From Nemertoderma westbladi (lineage: Eukaryota > Animalia > Xenacoelomorpha), in NCBI GenBank assembly GCA_032718475.1, contig JAUCBJ010001878.1, positions 1-39,402 of the forward strand: 39,402 bases of DNA, written 5' to 3'. The position numbers were made by a program, and so were the translations under genes. Positions 19,719-31,413 of this stretch are shown piece by piece. How positions within the stretch are numbered: the stretch's first letter is position 1; every line of letters begins with the position of its first letter. The notes beneath the pieces are model-generated. The model was not told the DNA's origin and ran no database searches. It saw only the letters and a program-made list of their open reading frames with translations.

Positions 19719-22022
19719 TTAACGCGTAAAACTTTCTTGGGCCATCATGTTATTTAATATCGAGTTATCGGTATATAAATTTCTCGGATTATTATCAAGT
19801 CTATATGGAATATCATTGTCAACAGGTTTATAATTACCCTTAATAGGGTTTACTATAGGAGTTTCCACTTCACTAGCAGTATACATGCGTGTAGGCTCCA
19901 CACCTTGCGCATGAAATACTTCAGACCTAACAGGTTGACACATTGTTACAGGGGGTGGTGGTATACCCCTTTGTGTATTTACTAATTTATCGCGTTCTAA
20001 CGCGATACTTTGCTGCACTTCTTGCAACTCTAACCTACTTTCCCTTACTGTGCCCTTGAACTGCTGAACAGTCTCCTGCATCTGCCCGAGCAGGAGATCC
20101 ATCCCCCGCCGTCTCTCATCCACCCACTCGACCGCCGAAGCGGGAGCCGCCAACGTAGTAGCGGGTGGATGGGGAACAACAGGCGACAAATCATTGATAT
20201 TTCGCTCGGAGTCCAGAACAGGAACTGTCTCATGGGCTGTTCTGCTGGGCACAGGTAGCTTAGTGCTATGCAAAGGGAATTTAGAGGTAGGTTCTGGGAG
20301 TACAGGTGTCTCTATCACCGAAGGGGTGGCTTCGAGAACAGGCCTAATTATTTCAGGCTCATCTACTATAGTAGGGAGTCTTTCTATTTTAATTATTTGG
20401 TCTGTGGGTTCTGTACTACCTAAGTCTGTGTTAGTTAGTTGCTTTCTAACAGCTGGGGGCAAATCAGGCAATTTCTGACGGTGGGACATTCTTCTACGCC
20501 TACTTAGACGAGATCTATTTCCTCCGCCTTCAAGATCGGTGGTATCACCTTCATCAGATGATGTATATCCCTGTCTTTTGGGAGTAGATCGACTCATCAT
20601 CTGCATTTGACTAGCTGTTAACTGTTTATTTATGCAGTCTTGATTCTCTTGAATATTTTCCAACTCTAGTTGGGCGATCTCTTCAGACGCTCTCCGTTCT
20701 GCTTCTGCCGCTGCCACTGCCGCTTTTCTTTCCACTTCGGCTGCTTTTCTTTCCGCTTCTGCCTCTGCCGCTGCCGCTTTTCTTTCCACCTCTACCGCCT
20801 TTCTTTCCGCTTCTGCCGCTGCCACTGCTGCTGCCACTGCCGCTGTCTTTCTGTCTTCTATACGTTTTTTCTTTACTTGTTCTTCTTGGACTCTAGCGAT
20901 GCGGAGGCGTTCATCAAATTTAGCTTGGTTCGCAGCTATCATATCCGCATCGATTGCGTCCAATACAAGCTTGGCTCTTTCACTATTAGGGCGAAGTCCA
21001 GACAGCCGTCTCCTCAACTCTTCGTCACCTACAAATTGTTGATAGTCTGACAGATAGATGTCAATAGCGTCCCTCTCATGCGGTTTCTCTGCCGTCGCTT
21101 CACTTTCCACTTGGGAAAATGTAGCGTCTGTTGATTCTCCATGGATTGAGCGCTCAGCCAGCTGAGATTTCCACTGGGCAGTTCCTTGAACTTGGAGACT
21201 TACCCGCTGAAACCAAGTCTTTACGGCAACTTGCAACGACGTGTCTTGTCTTCTTTTCGAAGCCTCCTCAAAGGCCGATAAGATTAGTCTGATTCGTAGA
21301 ATTCTTTCTCTAACTTGATAAAGCAGCTCTCCCTGCTCTTGAGGTCCTTGGGGTTGTCGAAACAGTTGTTCCTTTAATCGCTCCATAGAGCTGAAGAATC
21401 CCTGTACGTATCCTGCTGCTGACCTCTTCCACACAGCTGGATCGCTGGTTTCTTTTGTCACTCCCATCCTGTGTATGTCTTCCCAGGCAGCTTCCGATAA
21501 GTCAAACGGGAGTCCGGGTCCGGGGAAGTTCCATTGCGACTCGACAATAGACTTCAGTTCTTCCCTTGTGTATCCCGCATAACTATCCTTGGTCGATCGC
21601 TTACTTCTCGCCCAATCAATCTGGTGTTCCTCCACCGCAATCAATACCCTAGTGAGTACGGCTGCAGGAAGGATGAGAAGGGGATCCGAATAAACCGCAT
21701 CTGCCATCTTAGCTCCGCGCTCGGGTGTCAGCTCTACAGTATCCGCACTACTGGAGCTGTCGGGCCGCTGAGAAATAAGTTCTCGGCTCGAGTGTTGCTG
21801 CTGTTCCGCTGCTTCTTGGTCCCGCTTGACCTGAGCTCGAGTGCCTATGATAGACCTACGGTGTTGGACTAGCCTAGGGTCTGATACTACTACTGGAGGG
21901 ATGATCTTTCTTACAGTAGGAGGTGAGTTGAACTTCGGTCTCACACGTTCCACACTCCTGCCTGGGTCACAGATGGTTGTATCTAGGAGACTGTCTGACA
22001 GGTTTTGCTTTGTGTCAGACAT
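19719..22022 (-). CDS. N-terminal part of the BEL/Pao Gag region (coiled-coil and Pro-rich, 767 aa), in frame with the downstream ORF
   Basis: Long open frame with AEAERKA-type coiled-coil repeats; its TAA (19721-19719) directly abuts the ATG (19718-19716) of the capsid ORF in the same frame. Confidence 0.7.
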   Translation of the reverse strand: MSDTKQNLSDSLLDTTICDPGRSVERVRPKFNSPPTVRKIIPPVVVSDPRLVQHRRSIIGTRAQVKRDQEAAEQQQHSSRELISQRPDSSSSADTVELTPERGAKMADAVYSDPLLILPAAVLTRVLIAVEEHQIDWARSKRSTKDSYAGYTREELKSIVESQWNFPGPGLPFDLSEAAWEDIHRMGVTKETSDPAVWKRSAAGYVQGFFSSMERLKEQLFRQPQGPQEQGELLYQVRERILRIRLILSAFEEASKRRQDTSLQVAVKTWFQRVSLQVQGTAQWKSQLAERSIHGESTDATFSQVESEATAEKPHERDAIDIYLSDYQQFVGDEELRRRLSGLRPNSERAKLVLDAIDADMIAANQAKFDERLRIARVQEEQVKKKRIEDRKTAAVAAAVAAAEAERKAVEVERKAAAAEAEAERKAAEVERKAAVAAAEAERRASEEIAQLELENIQENQDCINKQLTASQMQMMSRSTPKRQGYTSSDEGDTTDLEGGGNRSRLSRRRRMSHRQKLPDLPPAVRKQLTNTDLGSTEPTDQIIKIERLPTIVDEPEIIRPVLEATPSVIETPVLPEPTSKFPLHSTKLPVPSRTAHETVPVLDSERNINDLSPVVPHPPATTLAAPASAVEWVDERRRGMDLLLGQMQETVQQFKGTVRESRLELQEVQQSIALERDKLVNTQRGIPPPPVTMCQPVRSEVFHAQGVEPTRMYTASEVETPIVNPIKGNYKPVDNDIPYRLDNNPRNLYTDNSILNNMMAQESFTR

Positions 22023-22157
22023 GTTTGTTTGTACAGTTGAATGCCTACTGCTATATTACAGTTTAAGCAAGTCTAGTAATTCAGTATCACCGTTAGCCTA
22101 GTAATTAATTACCGATATCGTTACTCTATGTAACGTGATATATATACAATATATTAG

Positions 22158-22410
22158 AGTACCGGTATATACTTATAGTATATATAAGTATTATTACAGA
22201 CTAGGTTTGTCACAGAATACCGGTATATAATTTCAGCACAAATATATATAAATATATAATAGGCCTATCGTGAATACCGGTATACAGCTTACACTTATAG
22301 TATATATATAAGTATTATTACAGACTAGAATTAATTACAGAATACCGGTATAATTTCAGCCTAAATTTATAGAAATAAATATAATAAGCCTATTGTAAAT
22401 ACCGGTATGT
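22158..22410. repeat. ~120-bp tandem duplication in the putative retrotransposon leader
   Basis: taccggtata...acttatagtatatataagtattattacagactag...acagaataccggtata...atttcagc occurs twice, plus a partial third start. Confidence 0.8.
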
Positions 22411-23368
22411 CAATTATTTTAGAATAATTGAATTTCTGAATTTTTGGGGTTACTTGGTTACTTTACTTTACTTGATTACCGTTATTTAAGCAGTGGTCCA
22501 ACTGATATTAAGACCTAATTGATGTATGACAGGCCTACTATTTATAAATCGGTTTGAGTTGATTTATAATATATATATACCCATATAATGGGTTTTGTCA
22601 ATATTTGAAATAAATGTTATTATTTCTGGGAAGGAGTCACTACACAGAAGCTGTGCGCTCTCAGTGAAATGCCACTTGTTGGACACTAAAACAAATAATT
22701 CTAATTTACCTAAGTTACTAAATACTACAAATTACGTACAATTCGGGGTGAGATTACAATCTCTAAATAAATACAAAAATTACACGTACGAATTTTTAGG
22801 GTAATTTTACAAGAAGTCTACAAACCAGCCTAACAAAGGGTTAGAATATCTTATCTACCGTTATTACAACGGACAGGGTACTACGGTATTTGAAAATAAC
22901 AAAGCAGTAGTAAATATACTGCATTGTCCAGATAGGAAAAATACCACCGTCTGACGACTTATAGCCGTATCGCATTAAGTACTACGTTATGTTTCACAGA
23001 GTGTTCCTACCTAGAAGTTAATTACCGCGGTCTACCAGAACCAACGTGCCTATTAACCACTTTACAACACAAATATACTGCCTACACACTAATTACCTTC
23101 GGAAAGCACTGTACACTAAACCCTAAATTAAGTACAAGTACTTATACAACAAATAATCAGCAGTTAGAAATACTTGTACAGCTAAAAGAACCACGGTATC
23201 TGCTGGAGTGACCAGGGCACAAAATCACCAGTCTTTACCTACGCCAAGCAGCCCTGATGTAGTACCGGGGTTAATTTAACTATAACGGTATGTACAACAA
23301 GCATAATTACTGTAGGAATAAACTTGGGGATATGAATGTTGCGAATAATCGCATAAACTCTGAATAAT

Positions 23369-23859
23369 AAATATTACGCTACGCGTACAGACTACTCAAA
23401 CAAAATACAGACCAAACGCTGGCAGACTACTATTAAGCCTAAACAAACTACAGTATATGCAGACTCCGAAATGGTTAGTTAGTATGCGTTCTAACCGAGT
23501 AGTACGACTTATTCTTTCAGGGGGATTTACCTCACAGCACTGGAAGCCCCTACGTTCCTAACTAGTACTTTATCGGACATACACTCTACACACACCGCAA
23601 TCTCTTCAGACCTAACAACAGCCAGACAACAATCCAGCCTACAAATTATCTAAATAAGAAATATTACGCTACCCGTACAGACTACACATACAAAATACAG
23701 ACCAAACGCTGGCAGACTACTATCAAGCCCAAACAAACTACAGTATATGCAGACTCCGAAATGGTTAGTTAGTATGCGTTCTAACCGAGTAGTACGACTT
23801 ATTCTTTCAGGGGGATTGACCTAACAACACTGGAAGCCCCTACGTTCCTAACTAGTACT
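23369..23859. repeat. ~200-bp near-identical direct repeat, offset 290 bp
   Basis: aaatattacgctac...agactccgaaatggttagttagtatgcgttctaaccgagtagtacgacttattctttcagggggatt...cctaactagtact at 23369-23569 and 23659-23859. Confidence 0.9.
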
Positions 23860-25299
23860 ACTAGTACTAAAAAACCAGGGCTGCAGTCCCTGATTAAATA
23901 TTAAGGCCTACCGGTATATAATTATCAAAATCGAATAATACTGCTGTACCTGTACTGCTATAAGTACCGGTCCGGGTGATTAGGTAGTCAGGCCTACTAG
24001 GTACCGGTCGACCGGTACTTCAGCTTTATTGCCTACTGCAATACAGAAGCAATAACTGTTATTGTTCTTACCAGAACAATATTAAACTGTATTTATTGCC
24101 TACACTGCAATCAGATGATCATAACTGTTATTGTTCGTGCTTTCAGACCTTTAGCAGTTTAACCTGCCAAATTTAGATGTCTTCTAGATTATAAATCGAC
24201 TTTAGCCTATGACAAGTATTTGATACACTACATTAGCCGAAGCCAGTCTATGCGCGACCATTCACCCGCTGGATATACCCGGGAGACTGGATTCGGAAGC
24301 TTTGACCTTATTGCGGTGTAGGCCTACTGTATTATTCAACTGATCGTTAATATATAATTTCTGACAAATATTATTCACTTTCGGGAAATATTAACAGTTC
24401 CTTTAGGACGTGGCGCTCTAAATATGTAGACAGAGTTATGACTTACACTAGACACAACGGGATGGCTATGGATTCACGTATAAAGCGCATTCTTTAGGAG
24501 ATGCTTTGTTATCAGTCACAATCATGCACACTACCGCACAATACTGCATACTGATCTGCCAACCTTCACTAATTTTAGTCACATATAAAGAGAACAGCAA
24601 CCGACTCATGTAGTGCCTATGAAATAGCATTAGATTCACTCCAAAACCAATATAATGTAAGTCGCAATTGTTATATGTAACCGGTCTCTCACCTTCAGTA
24701 TATCAAGAAGATTGGGGGTTTTATGATTATTCACCGATATTATCCAAATATAATAATATTCCATCAACTGATATAATTAATAACAGACAGTAAATAGCAG
24801 TAAAAATGCGGTGTTTGTAGTTGACAATATGATTTGCATTGATAGGATCAGATTGTTTGGATTGATAACAGTTATACGTTTCTATGATCAAGCCTACTAA
24901 TGTTTGGCTAAAGCCTGAAACCACAGAAATTCCAAAGCCGGTCTTCTGGCATCAGGAAAAAAGGTAAACATAAACCGTAATGCATTGCGCGATTTCCCGG
25001 AGGTTTCTGTACAAATAACAGGAGAATCGCTCTGATTGGTTGTCCGAACAAAGGAACAAAGAAAAAGCTACATGTGTACATATCAGCTGTTAGCTGTCGT
25101 CATAGTAACTACACTGTGTCAAGAGGATTTTAGCGTATTGCGACATAAAATTGCTAGTTATGTCCGCTAAAGTACACATACAGTTATACAGTTACACATA
25201 CACATACATTTATGTCCACTAAAACACCGGTACAGTAAGGAAACGGCTTTTTATGTCCGTTAAACCAACTACAGAGTACTTTGCGGGGAAAATAACCAG

Positions 25300-26397
25300 C
25301 TAATTCCGCAAAAGCTTTTACAAATGAAGAAAGCCCGTTTTAAGAAAGTTGATGAACTTCCACTTACAGAGAATATCGTTTCATTACACAATTATATTAA
25401 TGTAAAGATAGAATCAATATTGTTAATGGAACCTTCAGAACGGGATAGACGGAACACTCAGCTTGTTACAATGGGACACTTGTTGTTGTTTAATGGTAAG
25501 AGAATTAAAGAAGTAATGAACCTAAAGTGCGGTGTTGTAAAAGCGGGGTTAAATATAGATATTACAGCCCAAACCACAAGCGAAGTAATGGATTCGTTGA
25601 CAGACATTGAGAAGCAATTGGCCAAACGGGTTGGCCTTATTGTGACCAGAGGTAAGGCCAGATAATGAAGTACCCATATTGGTACTTTTAACTATGTATG
25701 TCTTGATTTAGAAGAGGATGGTCTTCTTTTTCAATCGAAAGGGGAAAATCCTCTGAGAGGGGACAAAGCTTTAGACCAGTTGGCTAATATGGCAGGGTGC
25801 CAACATCCACATCTTATTCGGTCAATGCCATTGAGGAAATACTGTGCCACAGTGTGCCAAATAATTAATCTTAATAAATCTGAAAAGGAATGGTTGTCAC
25901 ACCATTTGGGTCACTCCTTAGATGTGCACGCAAAATTTTACAGATTGCATGATGATATGATTGAAGTAAGCCAAGTCTCGAAGCTGATGTTAGCGATAAG
26001 CCAAGGGAAAGTGGCAGAATTACGTGGTAAATCCCTGCCAGATATCCAAATAAGCCTACCATCCATTTGTGAAGAAGAACGCCAAGAAAAGGGAGGTATT
26101 GATGATCTCAATGAGGGTCGGGATATCATAGATGATGAAGTCACAGAAAGAAGTTATTTTAAAGAAGATTTAGAAGAACTGGAGGAATTGAATCAAAACT
26201 AATTAGATTCGCCCAAACCAAAGAACAAAGAAAGGAAAGAAACAAAGAAACAAAGAAGGGATAAGTCAGTACCATCCCCTTCCCAGAAACATGACATTAC
26301 TGCATTTCAAGCAGAATACACAGAATTTAGTAGGTTTGCATGGCAGATGATTAAATTGAAAATATATAATTTCATTCAACGAGGACGCAATTCATAA
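25300..26397 (+). pseudogene. Decayed tyrosine-recombinase gene (Crypton-like, animal YR element family)
   Basis: LLLFNGKRIKEV (Arg I), TRGK...VPIL (Lys), IRSMPLRKYCAT (Arg II), LGHSLDVHAKFY (His and Tyr nucleophile). Frameshift near 25660. An in-frame TAA at 26200-26202 is followed by ...FAWQMIKLKIYNFIQ to 26397. Confidence 0.75.
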
Positions 26398-28450
26398 ACG
26401 GAGAGCACACTTAATGAAACGTGAACACCTTAATATTTACTGCCCAATATTATAATGCATGATAGCCGGCAAGCAGCTCTGTTGTATATTGCAACGGATG
26501 GATGGTAGACTATACTGTACCGAAAGCAATAATAACATTCTAACTATTATATATTATCGTACACACAATATTTCAAGATGTAACTTCTGTGTAGAGTATT
26601 TTGCAGCACTTTTTTATATAACAGCAGCCCCATGGAATATTTTTATTCCAAAATTACAAGTTTTAAAAAACGACTTCTAACGAGAAACTGCATATAAAAC
26701 ATTTAGTTGTCATAAATATTGTGATATTTATGGTTCACATTCTTAAATTTAGTAAAATATGAACTGAAGTTAGAATTCCAACAGACGTCAGAATATGAAC
26801 TGAGGCTGAGAATTTGAGTTAGAAAACTCTATTCTTTAACAGATTTTCATTGCCTAAAAAAAACAATATTTGCATGATTCAGTTATTGAAACTATTTACC
26901 GTATGAAATAAATGTAAGTGCAAATTATATTTAAATTAACCTAATATGATGTTAGTAAGGTATTTTATAATTACACCAAAATCGCTAAATAAATGTGAAC
27001 ATTTTGGAATTAAATTTATATTCCACCATGTGTACTGAAGTTGATATTTCTTTTATGTTATTACATTTTTGTTGGTTATGCTACCGAAAAACAGGTATAT
27101 TAACCTGTAAGAGAAAGGTTGACGTATTATAAGAAGATTTTTGCTGTTTTTTTTACCGGAATACAAATAATTTTTGAAACAAATCCACATATATTTCATT
27201 TTTATTTCAATATTTCAGTTACCTATATAGAATGTTAGGTGTAGGTAATTTAAAAGTATTCTTCTACGTCACCTTATTTGGTTTTACCTTTCTTAAGACA
27301 ACACACAAAGTTATTTACTTCTCATAACATCCAACAATATTATTTACTTTCCTTAACATCCAACACATTTAATACATAAAACACAGGGGTATTTATCTTA
27401 ACATAAAACTTGTGCAACTTATCTTAACACCACACAGGCACACCTACACACACATAATTTTTTGTAAATCTGCTAGGTGGCGTACGCTATTTTTCACACA
27501 ACTTGTCAAACCATACTTTTGTTCACGAAAAATAATATTCGTTACAGAGATTCCCGATTCCAAAAATCTCATTGTAAACTAATGTTAGCACAAGTCGTGA
27601 AGTGTAGTAATTTGTGAAGAGAAGTGTTGTAAATTCCTGTAAATTGTTAGCAGAAGTATTATTTCCCAAGAGCAACACATATACTGCACACTACAGTATG
27701 TTTAAATCTTACTTGTTATATAGAATTGTACTTTAAGCAAGCAAGCCACACAGAGAGATACTGTACTATAAGTCTATGTGTCAACAAATAAAGTATTCTT
27801 GTTAATTAATGGCACGTAAGTAGCCTACAATAATTATAGGAACTAGCATTATTGGTATGGCATACAAATAAATAGACGAACGGTAATATTTGTATCATGA
27901 TGGCTATACTTTACTACACATTAGTTATTTGCGTATTAATTGCTTTTACACTCTTACAACGGTAACTGTGCCTAACTCCTCCACTGTAACTGTACATACA
28001 TTACGTATTACTACGTAGTACTGAACCGGGTCGTAATGTACAGTAGATTGTTTATTAATCAAACAAAATATATTACACAGTGCCGTCAATAATCCATCTG
28101 ATATGCCCAGTTAGCATACTGTAGGCGAGTTTGCTAATTTTGTTAATTAATATACTGTTGAAAAATTAGCAGAATACACAGTATTACAAGATTATACGGT
28201 ACAGTATTACAGTTACAGTATATTACTAACTAACTTAATCATATAAAATCTCATTATCATTAATTATCATTAAGACATTGCACGCTTATTTTCTACATTA
28301 AGTACATTAGCAATGGGTGATGTCTGAATACTGTAGTTAATTTCAATAGTTAACAATATTACTGTAAACTACTTTAACTTTACTGAAATTAATTAGAAAC
28401 TCAACAAAATATAGTATAAATAATATAAACAACTGTCGCCGAATATAATA

Positions 28451-29347
28451 ATGGATAAATTTATGTTTTTATTTATTCTCGATGTTATTATCGTGATTGG
28501 AACAATAGTTGCTGTAGGAATGCTGCATTTCTTCGTCAAACCGCTCTCCATCGGATTCTTTTGTAACGACAATAATATTCGATATCCATTGAAACCGAAC
28601 TCCGTCAGCACAGCAGCACTGTTCGCATTCCCAGCGGTTGTAATGCTACTAATCATCGTGATGGAATGTTATAAATCGCGCAGACCTCGCCGAACCACCG
28701 TTTCTAATGTCCCAAATACAGGATCGCGTCGCCTTTGCGGGGGGACTACAATATACCAGATATACATATTAGTTGGTATATTTATTTTCGGAACTTTCGC
28801 TACCAGCGGCATTACACTGATAGGTAAACACACAGCGGGTGGGCTGCGACCCCACTTTATAGCCGCGTGTAGACCAGACGCAGAACAGTTCCGTTGCCTC
28901 GGAGACAACCAGACAATGTATGGCCTCGATATTTGTCGAGGAAATCCAGCTGATATTCGCCAAGCTCTGCAATCCTTCCCCTCGGGACACAGTTCTATAT
29001 CTTTCTACGCATCAACATATTTTATAGCCTATATTCAATACCGGTTTCCATGGAATCGGCCAAGTGTACTCCGCCCCATTCTCCAAATAGTTTCTTTCAC
29101 CTTTGCATTCTGGGTCTCATTGACACGAATCACCGATTATTGGCATCTTGGCAGTGATGTTTTGGCAGGTTGTTTACTTGGGGCTGTAATGGCGGCTGTG
29201 TGTTTTAGATGGAGTCAGCTATGGATCGATCCTTCGACCATTCAAACCCGTCAGTCCAAGGTTATAAATAGGGTGGCGTCCTCGTTGGGTAATGGCGGGG
29301 AAACGCAAGAGTCACAAAATCGGAATTCGATAGGTATGATTTGTTAA
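28451..29347 (+). CDS. PLPP1: Phospholipid phosphatase (PAP2/LPP, wunen/PLPP1-3-like), 298 aa, single-exon CDS
   Basis: GFFCNDNNIRYP; catalytic motifs C1 KHTAGGLRP(HF), C2 PSGH, C3 TRITDYWHLGSD; several hydrophobic TM segments; AATAAA at ~29383. Symbol is family-level. Confidence 0.93.
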   Translation: MDKFMFLFILDVIIVIGTIVAVGMLHFFVKPLSIGFFCNDNNIRYPLKPNSVSTAALFAFPAVVMLLIIVMECYKSRRPRRTTVSNVPNTGSRRLCGGTTIYQIYILVGIFIFGTFATSGITLIGKHTAGGLRPHFIAACRPDAEQFRCLGDNQTMYGLDICRGNPADIRQALQSFPSGHSSISFYASTYFIAYIQYRFPWNRPSVLRPILQIVSFTFAFWVSLTRITDYWHLGSDVLAGCLLGAVMAAVCFRWSQLWIDPSTIQTRQSKVINRVASSLGNGGETQESQNRNSIGMIC

Positions 29348-29945
29348 GATTCCATTGAATTATATTTTATTAGTTTAATTTAAATAAATACATAATAATA
29401 TTGTTCAATTATTTGTAACATTTAGTCAAAATTACCAAAATAGCATTAGTAACATAGTTATACAGCCTGATTACGTTCGGTCTGTCACCCAGCAGCATCG
29501 TAGCCTAGTGTGTAGCGCGTGTAGTAAGTGCCTGAATGATACTAAACTGTTACTGTAGTAGCATATTGTTGGCATCTTCCAATACATACTGTAGTTGTAT
29601 CGTGATATGCATTGTGTTTGTTTAAATTTAACTATAATTATTAATGTTTAAGTGCATTTTATTAATAATTACAGTATATATTAACTTGAATATGCAATAT
29701 CCGTCCTCTTTAAATAGGCCTACACATAATCCATTAAGTCTTAATTAACCGGCTGTGTAAAAAAAACTATAAATAAGTAACCATAACACAAAAATGAAAT
29801 ATTTGAGTCGATTTTAATCGGTAATGGGTTTGTGACGCTAAATCTTTTCCGTTTCATGTCAAAGATAGATTTAATGGCACAAATGGTTTCAAATATACCA
29901 TGACCAATACTTAATACAGTGTCTACAACAACAATGTAGGCTTAT

Positions 29946-30048
29946 ACACGTTCGTAGGACCTTCGAATTTTTTTGAGGCTCAGTTATGAGATACAAATTA
30001 CAATTGAGCTGCTATTCAATCACAAAATCGGTATTTAAAAAATTTACA
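29946..30048 (+). repeat. Interspersed repeat (copy of 13190-13295) followed by a GTCT-type microsatellite at ~30078-30130
   Basis: Direct similarity as above; gtctgcaagtctgtctgtc and ctatctgtctgtc lie downstream. Confidence 0.7.
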
Positions 30049-30589
30049 AAAGTTTTAACTTTTAATCAAATATAGTTTGTCTGCAAGTCTGTCTGTCAGT
30101 CTTTTTGACTATCCGACTATCTGTCTGTCAAATATAAGAAAAGGGCACACCACCCAGCTAAAAGTTTAGCTATATCGGTTTTCCTGGTCGCATAATACAT
30201 TTCGAGGGTCAGTTTTAACATTTGATTTGATTACATCCAAATTGTCTGCTTGGCTGTCAGACATTTTTACGGACAGACTGACAGGCATAGAAACAGAAAC
30301 ACCGAGGCCAAATTTGAATACTGGTATCAGAAATTAAGTCATGGACCAAGAAAACCCATAATAAGAAATTTTTAGACAGATACAGTAGTATACTTTCTAT
30401 TGTTTTGGAGACATACTGACGGACACCAACAGCCATATCACGAGAAGTAAGACCGATCTTGCTAAACGGTTTTAAAATTTGGAATCTTGATAAATATCTG
30501 GTCTTGATGAAATAGAAAAAACAAATTAAAAGGTTATTGAAATCTCGACCGCGCCTACAAAATGGCCATGAGTCGGAGCCCCTCCGACT

Positions 30590-31413
30590 CATGGGTTGGA
30601 GCCTTGATAATATGGCCTTGTGTTGGAGCCTCGTCCACGCCAATGATACGGCCTTGGGATGGAGCCTCGACCGCACCAATGATAGGGCCTTGGGTTGGAG
30701 TCTCGACCGCACCAATAATGATAGGGCTTTGGGTTGGAGCCTCGACCACGCCAATGATAGGGCCTTGGGTTGGATCCTCGTCCACGCCAATGATACGGCC
30801 TTGGGTTGGAGCCACGTCCGCACCAATGATAGGGCCTTGGGTTGGAGCCTCGACAGCACCAATAATGATAGGGCCTTGGGTTGGAGCCTCGACCGCGCCA
30901 ATGATAGGGCCTTGGGTTGGAGCCTCGTCCACGCCAATGATACGGCCTTGGGTTGGAGCCACGTCCGCACCAATGATAGGGCCTTGGGTTGGAGCCTCGA
31001 CCACGCCAACAATAGGGCCTTGGGTTGGAGCCTCGTCCACGCCAATGATACGGCCTTGGGTTGGAGCCTCGTCCACGCCAATGATACGGCCTTGGGTTGG
31101 AGCCTCGACCGCCAACGATAGGGCCTTGGGTTGGAGCCTCGTCCGCGCCAACGATAGGGCCTTGGGTTGGAGCCTCGACCGCACCAATGATACGGCCTTG
31201 GGTTGGAGCCTCGACCGCGCCAATGATAGGGCCTTAGGTTGGAGCTCGACCACCAACGATAGGGCCATGGGTTGGAGCCTCGACCGCGCCAATGATAGGG
31301 CCTTGGGTTAGAGCCTCGACCGCGCCAATGATAGGGCCTTGGGTTGGAGCCTCGTCCACTCCAATGATAGGGCCTTGGGTTGGAGCCTCGTCCGCACCAA
31401 TGATAGGGCCTTG
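30590..31413. repeat. G-rich minisatellite, left block (~23 units, mostly 36 bp)
   Basis: Constant gatagggccttgggttggagcctcg plus 9-14-nt linkers ending ccaat/ccaac. Confidence 0.95.

Larger units (their letters stand above)
16890..22022 (-). mobile_element. Non-autonomous BEL/Pao LTR retrotransposon (gag-protease plus pol remnants; probable PPT and 3' LTR start; 5' LTR not found)
   Basis: See the two ORFs below. On the minus strand the stop is followed by purine-rich GGAGTGGG (17088-17081) and TGTGTGAC from 17080, the usual PPT/LTR border. A 5' leader may extend past 24000. Confidence 0.85.

Noticed and set aside
23369-23859. The 200-bp direct repeats as LTRs of a TRIM or of the BEL element
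   Set aside because: No TG...CA ends, PBS or PPT, and no match to the sequence after the PPT at 17080.
5969-29347. Endogenous large DNA virus explaining the intronless genes
   Set aside because: No viral hallmark genes (major capsid, packaging ATPase, DNA polymerase) and very low gene density.
30257-31311. Overlapping ORFs of 194-274 aa on both strands
   Set aside because: Artefacts of a 36-bp stop-poor tandem unit.
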